From an uncultured Spirochaetota bacterium (GTDB lineage: Bacteria; Spirochaetota; Brevinematia; Brevinematales; JAOACQ01), in the NCBI GenBank assembly GCA_963783575.1, contig CAWAOD010000013.1, forward strand, positions 96,001-160,000: a stretch of DNA of 64,000 nucleotides. Direction: 5' to 3'. A program made the translations under genes and the position numbers. Shown here piece by piece: positions 19,439 to 28,841 of the stretch (position 1 is its first letter; every line of letters starts with the position of its first letter). The notes below the pieces were generated by a model. The model had not been told where the DNA came from. It saw only the letters and a list, made by a program, of their open reading frames with translations, and made no database searches.

Positions 19439-22120
19439 TTATTTATACTCGATTCGGTCTATATACCAGTCTGTATAATTAACGATACCATCGCTTATAA
19501 ATTGAAATCGGATTGTATCTCCGCTTACCGAACCTGATGCCATGTTACCGAGATTACCTGTATACGAGTAAAGATGATTCCCGAATGAATCATTAATGTA
19601 AAAATAATTCCAATAATCTCCGATATAGAAAGTAGAAAAATGCAGCCGGACTTGAGTAACACCAGGAATTGTGACAGTATAACTAATATTGCAGCAAGAA
19701 GGGTAATTTTGTGAACTAATATTTGTTAGTATTGCTGACCAGCCAACATCTAATGTTGTGAATTGATAATTCGTAGATACAAGGCTTTCTTCATATTGGT
19801 TTGTTGATTTTATTTGATAAAAGTAAGTTGTGGAAGGGATTAGTCCGGAATCCGTATAATTAGTTAACGGGGTATTGTAAATTAACTGGAACGGTCCCGA
19901 TTGTGATAATGCATGATAAACGTTATATCCATTTGCTCCTGCAACCGGATCCCAGCTTAACACTATGCTGTTTGAGGTAATATTTCCGACAGAAATATTA
20001 GTTGGAGCCAGAAGAGAGTATATTTTTACACAATCTACCCATCCGCAACCAGTATTATCAAAATCGTAATCTTTATATATCCATCTGATTGTATGATAAC
20101 CGTATTGTAAATAGAAATTTGTATAAGACCAATTATTTTCACCACCTATAGAATCGATGGCATTGCCATCTATCCAAATTGATAAAGCAGCATAAATACC
20201 ACAAGATACTTTCCAGTAGAATGAAATACCGCAGCCCGTAAAAGATGTTTCAATATAACTGGATTGACCTTTAACATTACGTAAAGAACTGTTTCCAGAA
20301 ATAAAATTACTATAATCAATTATCCAATTAGTTGAACCTCCTGAATCCCATAATGACTTCGTATTGATATCCAATACATCGTTAAATATTCCATAATCAA
20401 ATAACGTATTAGTTGAAAGAATATCAGAAGAAATTGATTCCTCCTGATTGCCGACAGCCGTTACTTTATAATAGTATTTTGTCGCCGGTTTTAAGCCAAA
20501 ATTTATAAAAGAATTTCCTGTTGTGGTGACGATATTACTGAAAATTCCATATGATAGTTCGGATCTGTATATATGATATTCTTCCGCTCCATCAACCGGG
20601 TTCCAGAATATTGAAATGCTATTAGAAGTAATATTAGATAGGTAACAATTTGTTGGGTAAAATAATTGACTGAAATTTACGCCATCTAACCATCCGCAAT
20701 CGGAACCTGTATTTCCTCCATTATTAATATATTCCCAGTGTGCCGTATGGTTTCCATTATTAAATTTAAAATTTGTCCGGTTCCAATCTATATTCCCGTT
20801 TATTGATGCAAGTTTATTATTATCGATATAAAAGTTAAAATTATCACAACTCGCGCAGGATACTTTCCACCAGAAAGAAATTATACTGCCGGTAAAATTC
20901 ATTTCAATATAGTTGGAATGATCTAAATATTTATCATAACCGCTATTTAAAGAACAAGTACCATTTGCAAAATTAGAATAATCTATATTCCATGGTGAAA
21001 AAATATTAATGCTGGAAGCAATATTAGTACAATCGATGGCTTTTCCATACTGCAACTGCAATTGGTCAAATAAATCCTTTCTTATTGCGTACAAACCAAG
21101 TGATGAATCGGACAATCCGCATACTTCAATAATAATTCTTCCATTATTTGAGGGAACTATCAGACATGATGCTTTATCGTGAGAACTGATGTCTTTAAAA
21201 TAATATGAGCCTGAATTTTCATCATAAGCGCTGACTTTGATATCGGCCTTATACTTTCCTAAAGCGGAAGAGTAACAGTCCCAGGATATATAATTACTGA
21301 TTCCAGTCTGGGTATCGAAAAAGTAAACATTTGTAATATTGGAAATGATAGAACTAATTCTGTATACCCCATTGTCCGTAAGTCGGATTTTCCCTTCCTT
21401 TGTAAAAGTCCAGGTTTCCTTATCACCCTCTCCGTAGCTGTTAGTAGAGCTTATCCTGTAATAATAATCCTTTGCTTCCTGAATACCGTAATCAATATAA
21501 TCCGTGGCGGAAGTTGCACCGATTAATATGTATTGATCAAACATCATCATAGACCTGTATATTTTATAGCCGGTTGCTCCAGATACAGAAGTCCAGAATA
21601 AATGAACGGAATTATCGTTTGACGAATATTTTCCGGAAATGTTTTCAACATTCGGTAAAATTCTGTTAGTGTCATTTTTCCAGAAAGTTAGAAAGTTTAC
21701 AGAATTGGGAAATTTCCATCGCATAATCGTAGTATAACCTTGTCTTGTTATTTCATACATATAGTAATCCGCTCCTGTCTTTGAATTATCGAAGTCTCCC
21801 TCCTCCGCGGTTCCTGTAACGACAAGCTGGTTCCTCCCGGTAAAGCTGTATTTAAATCCGTTACCGTAAGTATTTCCCAGATACTTGAAGCTCCCGTTAC
21901 CGGAACTTAAAGTATATTCGTAACCTCCAAAAGTTGTTTCATCCGGTGTGCCTTCTCCAACCATTACCAGAAGCCAAGGACCGTCGATATAGTTTCCCGT
22001 ATGGTCGTTATTTGATTCCTGATTACCATTCTTATTCGAACCGGGTGAAATCGCGCAGCCTGAAATTAAGAACATTGTAAGAATAACAATTAAAATAAAA
22101 TATACTTTTTTCATTTTCAT
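19439..22120 (-). CDS. large lipoprotein with fibronectin type III repeats and C-terminal CUB-like domain
   Basis: lipobox ISGC; three FN3 units (W..V.GA..Y.IY...Y.Y.I/V); two ISF.WKVSC beta-sandwich repeats; VRLHFS.F. Confidence 0.85.
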   Translation of the reverse strand: MKMKKVYFILIVILTMFLISGCAISPGSNKNGNQESNNDHTGNYIDGPWLLVMVGEGTPDETTFGGYEYTLSSGNGSFKYLGNTYGNGFKYSFTGRNQLVVTGTAEEGDFDNSKTGADYYMYEITRQGYTTIMRWKFPNSVNFLTFWKNDTNRILPNVENISGKYSSNDNSVHLFWTSVSGATGYKIYRSMMMFDQYILIGATSATDYIDYGIQEAKDYYYRISSTNSYGEGDKETWTFTKEGKIRLTDNGVYRISSIISNITNVYFFDTQTGISNYISWDCYSSALGKYKADIKVSAYDENSGSYYFKDISSHDKASCLIVPSNNGRIIIEVCGLSDSSLGLYAIRKDLFDQLQLQYGKAIDCTNIASSINIFSPWNIDYSNFANGTCSLNSGYDKYLDHSNYIEMNFTGSIISFWWKVSCASCDNFNFYIDNNKLASINGNIDWNRTNFKFNNGNHTAHWEYINNGGNTGSDCGWLDGVNFSQLFYPTNCYLSNITSNSISIFWNPVDGAEEYHIYRSELSYGIFSNIVTTTGNSFINFGLKPATKYYYKVTAVGNQEESISSDILSTNTLFDYGIFNDVLDINTKSLWDSGGSTNWIIDYSNFISGNSSLRNVKGQSSYIETSFTGCGISFYWKVSCGIYAALSIWIDGNAIDSIGGENNWSYTNFYLQYGYHTIRWIYKDYDFDNTGCGWVDCVKIYSLLAPTNISVGNITSNSIVLSWDPVAGANGYNVYHALSQSGPFQLIYNTPLTNYTDSGLIPSTTYFYQIKSTNQYEESLVSTNYQFTTLDVGWSAILTNISSQNYPSCCNISYTVTIPGVTQVRLHFSTFYIGDYWNYFYINDSFGNHLYSYTGNLGNMASGSVSGDTIRFQFISDGIVNYTDWYIDRIEYK

Positions 22121-22128
22121 CTCCGATT

Positions 22129-23820
22129 TTAATGTACTGAAAAAGATATACTATCGCCTTTCGATCCTATATTTTCAATGGAATATGAAGCCTCGGCGGT
22201 ATCGTTATTGGTTGAAGGGTAGTAATAGGCTACCGGTGCGCTGTTAATGTTTAAAGAACTGTTGTTTCCGCTGAAATAAGGGTCGGTCGGATCACCGTAG
22301 GTATATGGAAGCCAGAGGTTGAAATTATTATCCGCCTCGACGATCTCGACTCCATGAGGCATGTCGAAAAAGCAGTCCACCATGTTCGATTGGATTGATT
22401 GGGCAGTGAGATACCTTTCATAAATAAAACTGATCAGGAGGCCGTCGCCGGGAAGGAATTCAGTCCATGTCCCGGATTTACGGACTTTATTTTCAATCAG
22501 AAGATATTGCTGAGTCCCATAAACCGGCACTTTTACGGCCCGATGACCGCTCTCAATATCCTTCAGGGAATAATGACTAACGGGCGAAGAGGAACTGGAA
22601 CTATCCGAGCCGGGACTGTTAGTGCAGGAAGTAAGTGGAATGGCGTTCAGAATCAAAAAACCGCAGAATAGCGAAGCCAGAATAATTGAATAACCCAGTG
22701 CAAAGGATTTCTTACGGACAACAAAAAAGAAGAAGGCCATTGTTAGAATCAAAGCTGGTATGATTAAAGGAATTTTTAGCTTTCCTTTTTTATTGAACAT
22801 TGGTTTATTATTGCTGTGGCCGGTCATACCATAGATATTTTTGACAAGCGTAGAATCGGCGGTATCGATTGAAATCCAGCCAAGGTATACTTTTTCCCAG
22901 GCAAGAAGCGGCGCCGGCATTTCACCGTTATTCTGCGGGCCTAACCAGGCACCAGAAGACATTAAGCTCCAATCACCTACTCCGGAAGTTTCGTAGCTTA
23001 CATCATATAGGTCAGGCAGTCCCAATTTATGGCCGAATTCATGCGCGAACACCCCGATACCTGAATCCCCGGCAGCAAATGTGAATTCCGGTTCTATCGT
23101 GAATCCGTTGATTGTTTTGCCGTTGTAAACCCTTGGGCCTGAGCCGTCATTTAGATTAGTCGCTTTATCAAGGTCCCAGCTCTGGGACCAGATCGCGTTA
23201 TCCTGTAAGCCGATCTCTTCACCCGGGCCGGAATGTATAATCATTACCGTTTCCACAATACCGTCGCCGTCATTATCGTAAGGTGTGAAATTAATACCGT
23301 TCGAAGCCGCCAGATCGACTGCCTCGCCGGCAAGTTCGGCCGGATGAGCATCGTATGTAACACTATAACTATTTCCGTTGATATTTGTCGTCATTGTTGA
23401 GTTTGCTCCGTAATAAACAGAAGGCTTACTAACGGTATAAGGGCCGACGACGGTGAAATTCAGGTTCAAAAGATTCTGCGACATATCCTGATAATATTTT
23501 TTAACTGACACAGAGTTGTCGGCATTCAGCAGGTTACTATAAAACTGTACTGTAGAAATTGCATCGAGAGGCAAGTCAGGATATTGGGTCAGAATGACAA
23601 GGACATTGCAATTTCCATGTGATGGGAATGTACTCCGGGCAGGTGATTCCAGTTGGGACATTATTGAAGAACGAAATCCGCCACGCATAGCTTTCTGGTG
23701 TAAACCAGCTTTTATCAGTTTAATTAGCCTCGGATGTGGTGGCATTGAAAATATTTGTCCGGCTGTATAAAATATAATGATAAGCATAGTAATTATAAAC
23801 AAAAAACTTTTTCTTAACAT
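22129..23820 (-). CDS. M6 family (immune inhibitor A-like) metalloprotease
   Basis: signal peptide then MPPHP, YDNDGDG.V, IHSGPGEE, GVFAHEFGHKLGLPDLYD, WSLMSSG.W, YLLIEN. Confidence 0.93.
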   Translation of the reverse strand: MLRKSFLFIITMLIIIFYTAGQIFSMPPHPRLIKLIKAGLHQKAMRGGFRSSIMSQLESPARSTFPSHGNCNVLVILTQYPDLPLDAISTVQFYSNLLNADNSVSVKKYYQDMSQNLLNLNFTVVGPYTVSKPSVYYGANSTMTTNINGNSYSVTYDAHPAELAGEAVDLAASNGINFTPYDNDGDGIVETVMIIHSGPGEEIGLQDNAIWSQSWDLDKATNLNDGSGPRVYNGKTINGFTIEPEFTFAAGDSGIGVFAHEFGHKLGLPDLYDVSYETSGVGDWSLMSSGAWLGPQNNGEMPAPLLAWEKVYLGWISIDTADSTLVKNIYGMTGHSNNKPMFNKKGKLKIPLIIPALILTMAFFFFVVRKKSFALGYSIILASLFCGFLILNAIPLTSCTNSPGSDSSSSSSPVSHYSLKDIESGHRAVKVPVYGTQQYLLIENKVRKSGTWTEFLPGDGLLISFIYERYLTAQSIQSNMVDCFFDMPHGVEIVEADNNFNLWLPYTYGDPTDPYFSGNNSSLNINSAPVAYYYPSTNNDTAEASYSIENIGSKGDSISFSVH

Positions 23821-23943
23821 AAGCATGGCCTCCAAAAAATTAATTAATATTAATTTCTAATTTTATTATATTTAGAAACTAAAGCAATCAAATTTTGAGT
23901 AAATAAATATTTGCATTATTTATTATAACATAATTTAGGTTTT

Positions 23944-23972
23944 TTTATATCACCCATGATGGGTGATATAAA
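23944..23972. promoter_or_regulatory. perfect palindrome, candidate operator
   Basis: TTTATATCACCCAT-G-ATGGGTGATATAAA about 125 bp upstream of the protease start. Confidence 0.55.
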
Positions 23973-24300
23973 GATTTATAAATCTGATTTTATTTATATC
24001 AGTTATGAAGATTATAAAAGAATAAAATGACAGATCCAAAATCCATCAATAATATAAATACTCGAATATTTTGATAATTTTGAAATATAATTATTTATTG
24101 ATTTATCTTTATTGTTAATTTAAAATTCTTGGTAAGATTGTAAAAATTTTATTAACACAAAATTCACGAAGAACACTATGCACATGATGTTGATAAATTG
24201 TTACCTATTATTATAAAATAGGGTGTAAAAAACCAGCTTTATGATCTTTGTTAATTTTGTATAAATATCATTCATTTATAAATAATGTGGGAGGTACTTT

Positions 24301-24843
24301 ATGGCTATGTTTAAAACATTGGCGCCAGGTGTGGAAGTTAATGGGGAGACAGTTCTATCGATTGTAAACAGAATGGGGATTTTTAAGAAACAGGCTTATG
24401 AAATCCTGCGTAAAAATGGAATCGTCGATCCTAAACCCGGACAATGGTATTCTCAACAATCATGGTTGAATGCCTTTAAAACAATATCAGATGAATTGGG
24501 GCAGGCTACTTTATCAATAATCGGAAAAAAAATTCCCGATAACGCTCAGTGGCCGCCGGAAGTCGACAATATTGAAAAAGCTCTTGGGTCAATCGATGTT
24601 GCTTATCATATGAATCATAGAAACGGAGAGATTGGGCATTATAAATTTGAGAAAGTCGGAGACCGCGAATTTAAAATTACCTGTAATAATCCATACCCAT
24701 GTGATTTTGATAAAGGATTAATAGAAGCTGTTGCCCTGAAATTTAAACCGGCTGATGTTATAGGCCTTCGGGTCAAGCACGATGATTCTAAGCCATGCCG
24801 TAAAAAAGGCCATGATTCTTGCACTTATATTGTAACCTGGTAA
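24301..24843 (+). CDS. standalone V4R/H-NOX-like ligand-binding protein
   Basis: GEIGHY, NPYPCDFDKGLI, H...CRKKG.DSCTY.VTW; GGAGG RBS. Confidence 0.7.
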   Translation: MAMFKTLAPGVEVNGETVLSIVNRMGIFKKQAYEILRKNGIVDPKPGQWYSQQSWLNAFKTISDELGQATLSIIGKKIPDNAQWPPEVDNIEKALGSIDVAYHMNHRNGEIGHYKFEKVGDREFKITCNNPYPCDFDKGLIEAVALKFKPADVIGLRVKHDDSKPCRKKGHDSCTYIVTW

Positions 24844-24898
24844 TTTCTTTTAATAAAGATCATCGAGGCAGAGCCTCGAGGTATTAAAAGGGAGTTTT

Positions 24899-25522
24899 AT
24901 GGAAATCGATAAAACAAATTTAAATGCTGAAAAATGGAGCAGAAGGTCACTGAATTATGATAATAGGAAATTCGGCTATTTCCGTTATATGCAGAAGAAA
25001 ACAATTTATGCGACCGGATTAAAAGAGGGCGATATTTTCCTGGATATCGGCTGCGGAACCGGTTGGGCTGTGCTTTATGCTTCTACAATAGTTAAAGAAA
25101 GCGGCTTTTGTTATGGGATTGACATTTCACACGCTATGATTGAAAAAGCGAATGAAAAAGCCGGAAATTATAAAAATGTTAAATTCCAGGAAGCGGGTTC
25201 TGAAAACCTTCCCTTTGAAGATAATTTTTTCAATACAATAATATGCACCAATTCTTTTCATCATTACCCGCATCCTGAAAAAGCCGTTATTGAGATGAAC
25301 CGGGTATTGAAAAATTATGGGAGAGTATATATTGCTGATGTCACTGCCGATAGTTTTATTACCCGCTGGGCTGACCGGTATACAGCTAAAAAAGAAAAAG
25401 AACATGTGAAATTTTACAGTACCGATGAATTTTCGTTATTTTTTAATAATGCCGGGTTATATTATCTTGAGAGTAGGCGGCTTACAGGGCCGATCAAAAT
25501 TCATACCGGAGAAAAACGATAA
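24899..25522 (+). CDS. class I SAM-dependent methyltransferase
   Basis: LDIGCGTG, ENLPFEDNFF, SFHHYP, EMNRVLK. Confidence 0.92.
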   Translation: MEIDKTNLNAEKWSRRSLNYDNRKFGYFRYMQKKTIYATGLKEGDIFLDIGCGTGWAVLYASTIVKESGFCYGIDISHAMIEKANEKAGNYKNVKFQEAGSENLPFEDNFFNTIICTNSFHHYPHPEKAVIEMNRVLKNYGRVYIADVTADSFITRWADRYTAKKEKEHVKFYSTDEFSLFFNNAGLYYLESRRLTGPIKIHTGEKR

Positions 25523-25570
25523 AAAAGGGCATCTTCATAAAAAATTACTTTTTATTGATGCCCTTTTTTT
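25521..25570. terminator. bidirectional terminator
   Basis: AAAAAAGGGCATC...GATGCCCTTTTTTT between convergent genes. Confidence 0.75.
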
Positions 25571-25600
25571 ATTATGCACTCAGGCGGTATGATTAGCTGG

Positions 25601-26059
25601 TCACTTTTTTTCTTCCTGTTTTGGTTCTTCGCTCTGATGTTTTCTTTCCAGGTAGTTTTCAAATGCGGCTTTTCCTTCTTCTCTCCAATAGTCCCTGTAA
25701 TATTTCCACTGCCTATAGCCGCCTTTTATCCGCCAATCATCTCCACTGCCCCAATCCCAGTCATTTTCCCAGTCACCGGGTCTGCGGTAATATTCCATCC
25801 TTTTCCAATGCCTATGATTCCCGCCATGTCCGAATGAACCGAAAATCAGCCTCGCAAGCAGGATTATTCCGAACCCCTGCCAGTAATCAATCTTTCCAAG
25901 ATTAAATAAGGCCGGCATTAACCAGTTCCATAAAAGCTGAACAAAATAACCGAAGACAAAAGCCAGCACCACCGCGCTGACGAGTGCAATAACTACTCCT
26001 GCTGCTATTCCCCAGCCTTTATGCCAGAACCTCCAGTGATTATGATTATGGTAATTCAT
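25601..26059 (-). CDS. hypothetical membrane protein co-encoded with ECF sigma factor
   Basis: LLWNWLMPALF..IDYWQG.GIILLARLIFG motif; GGAGG RBS. Confidence 0.8.
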   Translation of the reverse strand: MNYHNHNHWRFWHKGWGIAAGVVIALVSAVVLAFVFGYFVQLLWNWLMPALFNLGKIDYWQGFGIILLARLIFGSFGHGGNHRHWKRMEYYRRPGDWENDWDWGSGDDWRIKGGYRQWKYYRDYWREEGKAAFENYLERKHQSEEPKQEEKK

Positions 26060-26111
26060 AAATAACCTCCTATTTTAGAATAATTACATGAATTTCAATT
26101 TATTTTCAACA

Positions 26112-26684
26112 CTAATCAAAATGTTCTTTTTTTAAATCTGTTAATTCTTCCCTTAATGCAAGAACAGCCCTATGTTTCTGCGCCAGAAGGGTACCGATGG
26201 GCTTCTGCCAGAAGACTGACAGTTCATCAAAGCTGTAATTCTCAATTTCCGTTGCGATCCAGATTGCTTTTTGCTCTGGTTTTAGATGATCTACAGCCTT
26301 AAATATCCTGTCGAAAATCTCTTTTTTTTCTGCCTCACTATGAGTGTCGTATCTGGTATCGGCCAGAATATCAGCTAATGTATTTCCGCCCATTTCATCA
26401 AGAGCATCCTCAAAATATACAGGTTTTTCCTTTATTTTCCGGTAATAATCTACAATCCTGTTTTTAATGGATCTGTAAATATAGGCCAGTATATTTCCGA
26501 TCGGCATTGCAGGATCAAGGTTATCATAAACGGAAAGCATAACATCCTGGATAATATCCTCGGCATCCCTTTCCCCTGCATCCTTCAGCCACTTTCTTAC
26601 ATAATTGATCAATTTGGGATGCTCCGATTGAAAAACCCGGGTTAGTTGTAATGCCTGAGATTCTGCTGTATTTTGGACTTCCAT
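26112..26684 (-). CDS. ECF RNA polymerase sigma factor
   Basis: DAEDIIQDV, YIYRSIKNRIVDYYRK, region 4 PIGTLLAQKHRA. Confidence 0.92.
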   Translation of the reverse strand: MEVQNTAESQALQLTRVFQSEHPKLINYVRKWLKDAGERDAEDIIQDVMLSVYDNLDPAMPIGNILAYIYRSIKNRIVDYYRKIKEKPVYFEDALDEMGGNTLADILADTRYDTHSEAEKKEIFDRIFKAVDHLKPEQKAIWIATEIENYSFDELSVFWQKPIGTLLAQKHRAVLALREELTDLKKEHFD

Positions 26685-26953
26685 ATTTCCTCACCTATTA
26701 TTTATGACGGTAGTAATTGTTTTTTTATTTCAAAATTATTAAAAATATTTTTAATAATATGTAAAGAAGTAAAATCAATAATAATTAATTTCTATCATAA
26801 AGACAAAATATCATTCGGCAGCTGATTCTGATATTAAATAATTCTCTTTGATATAAAATAGATTGAAGCATATTTTTCAATATGTTATAATAGTTAATAT
26901 CCTTGTTTTTATTTACTGCCGGAAGTAGCCTAAATAAAATTTTTGGATGGATT

Positions 26954-28828
26954 ATGATTTTACTTGCATTACTTTTTTTATGCGTATGTATTATTTATCT
27001 GGAAATGGGAATATATGCGATATCATTGAACCCAAAATCCTTATTAAACAGGTTATTTTTAATTCTGTGTATATTTTTTTCGATATGGTCTTTTGATAAT
27101 GTTTTATTTAATATTATAAAAGAAAAAGATAAAATGATGTTTTTTCACAGTATGTTTGCTTTTAGCTGGTGTATATATCCGGGAATATCACTCCATCTGG
27201 CACTCATTTTAACAAAAAAAAATAATTTACTGAAAAAATGGCTGATATATCCCGCCATTTATCTGCCCGGCCTGCTGTTTACAATTCAGGAAATTGTTAA
27301 GGACAGGATTGTCAGTGATTTCATACCATATCAATACGGCTGGAAAGCTATTTATGATCTTAATTCGGCCTGGTATTGGTCTTATCAGATTTATTACTTT
27401 ATGTATGTTTTTATTGCTATTGTAATCGCCGGTTTATGGGGCAGAAAGAGCCCTTCATTAAGGGAAAAAAAACAGACAAGAATAATTATTTTATGCACTT
27501 CTATCAGTCTTTTCCTTGCTTTTACAATAGATTCTTTACTGCCTAATTTAAACATCAGGTTTTTACCGCCTTTAAACACATTTTTTATACTTATATGGTG
27601 TTATGGAATTTGGTACGCGATTGTAAAATATAAACTTATGTATTTGACGCCTGAAATCGCTACCGAAGAAATTATATCAAAGATGATGGACCTGCTTTTC
27701 TTTATTAATCCCGAAACATCAATTACAAGAATAAATAAGCAAGCTGAAATTTTACTTGGTTATAAAGATTCGGAATTATATAACACGTCAATAATAGATT
27801 TATTGAAAGACAAGCAGCTATTTTCCGGAGAATTTATAAAAATGAAAAGCCTGAAAAATTATGAAATAAAGCAGGAAAATTATTTAAAGACAAAGGGAGG
27901 AGGACTTATTCCAGTTGAAATTCTTTGTTCGGCTCTTAAAGACGAAGCCGGTGAAATTCTCGGCGCGGTCGTTGTTGTTCATGACCTCATTCAGATGAAA
28001 CAATTGATTAAAGAAGTCCAGGAAAGGAAGAAAGCCGAGGAAGATTTGACTAAAGCACTTATTAATCTGAAAACACGAAATGATATCATGGAAAACGACC
28101 TTTTTATGGCCAGAAAAATCCAGCAGCAATTTATTCCTTCGGTAAGTCCGGCTCCGAATATAGCATTTTATTATAAACCGACGGAAAGCGTCGGTGGGGA
28201 TTTTTATGATTTTATAAAATTCGATGAACCTGATAAATACGGTATATTTTTAAGCGATGTATCAGGTCATGGTGTTCCGGCAGCATTTATCACATCAATG
28301 ATCAAGAGTTTTTTACTGCAGGCCGGCGGCATAAAAAATGATCCCGCAGAATTGTTAAAAAACCTGAATGACCACCTCAGGGGCCAGGTCGGCGGTAACT
28401 TTATTACGGCTTTTTACGGAGTATTTGATGAAGCGGATAAATCAATGCTTTATGCAAGCGCCGGGCACAATTCACCGTATATAATAACAGGCAATTCCAT
28501 TACAGTATTGGAAACAAAATATAAGGGAATCCCGCTTGCCATACTAAGCGATCCAGAGATGTCAAATATTAATAAAATATATAAAAATAATTCAATCCGC
28601 TTTGAAAAAGGCAGTAAAATCATTTTGTATACCGATGGAATTATAGAAGCTGTAAATATCAATAATGACGTTATTAATTTTGAGGACAACAGCATTATAG
28701 ATGTATTTCTGAGTTTTAAAGAACTTAAGCCAAAGGATTTTGTTTTGAATGTTTATATGCGGCTTGTTGAATTCAGGGGAAGCGATAAATTCGAAGACGA
28801 CATCTGCCTTATCTGTGCTCAGTGCTGA
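26954..28828 (+). CDS. PP2C/SpoIIE phosphatase with 7TM sensor and PAS domain
   Basis: 7 TM helices, PAS, ARKIQQQFIP, VGGDFYD, DVSGHG, YTDG, DD.CL. Confidence 0.92.
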   Translation: MILLALLFLCVCIIYLEMGIYAISLNPKSLLNRLFLILCIFFSIWSFDNVLFNIIKEKDKMMFFHSMFAFSWCIYPGISLHLALILTKKNNLLKKWLIYPAIYLPGLLFTIQEIVKDRIVSDFIPYQYGWKAIYDLNSAWYWSYQIYYFMYVFIAIVIAGLWGRKSPSLREKKQTRIIILCTSISLFLAFTIDSLLPNLNIRFLPPLNTFFILIWCYGIWYAIVKYKLMYLTPEIATEEIISKMMDLLFFINPETSITRINKQAEILLGYKDSELYNTSIIDLLKDKQLFSGEFIKMKSLKNYEIKQENYLKTKGGGLIPVEILCSALKDEAGEILGAVVVVHDLIQMKQLIKEVQERKKAEEDLTKALINLKTRNDIMENDLFMARKIQQQFIPSVSPAPNIAFYYKPTESVGGDFYDFIKFDEPDKYGIFLSDVSGHGVPAAFITSMIKSFLLQAGGIKNDPAELLKNLNDHLRGQVGGNFITAFYGVFDEADKSMLYASAGHNSPYIITGNSITVLETKYKGIPLAILSDPEMSNINKIYKNNSIRFEKGSKIILYTDGIIEAVNINNDVINFEDNSIIDVFLSFKELKPKDFVLNVYMRLVEFRGSDKFEDDICLICAQC

Positions 28829-28841
28829 GCTTAAAAATCTA

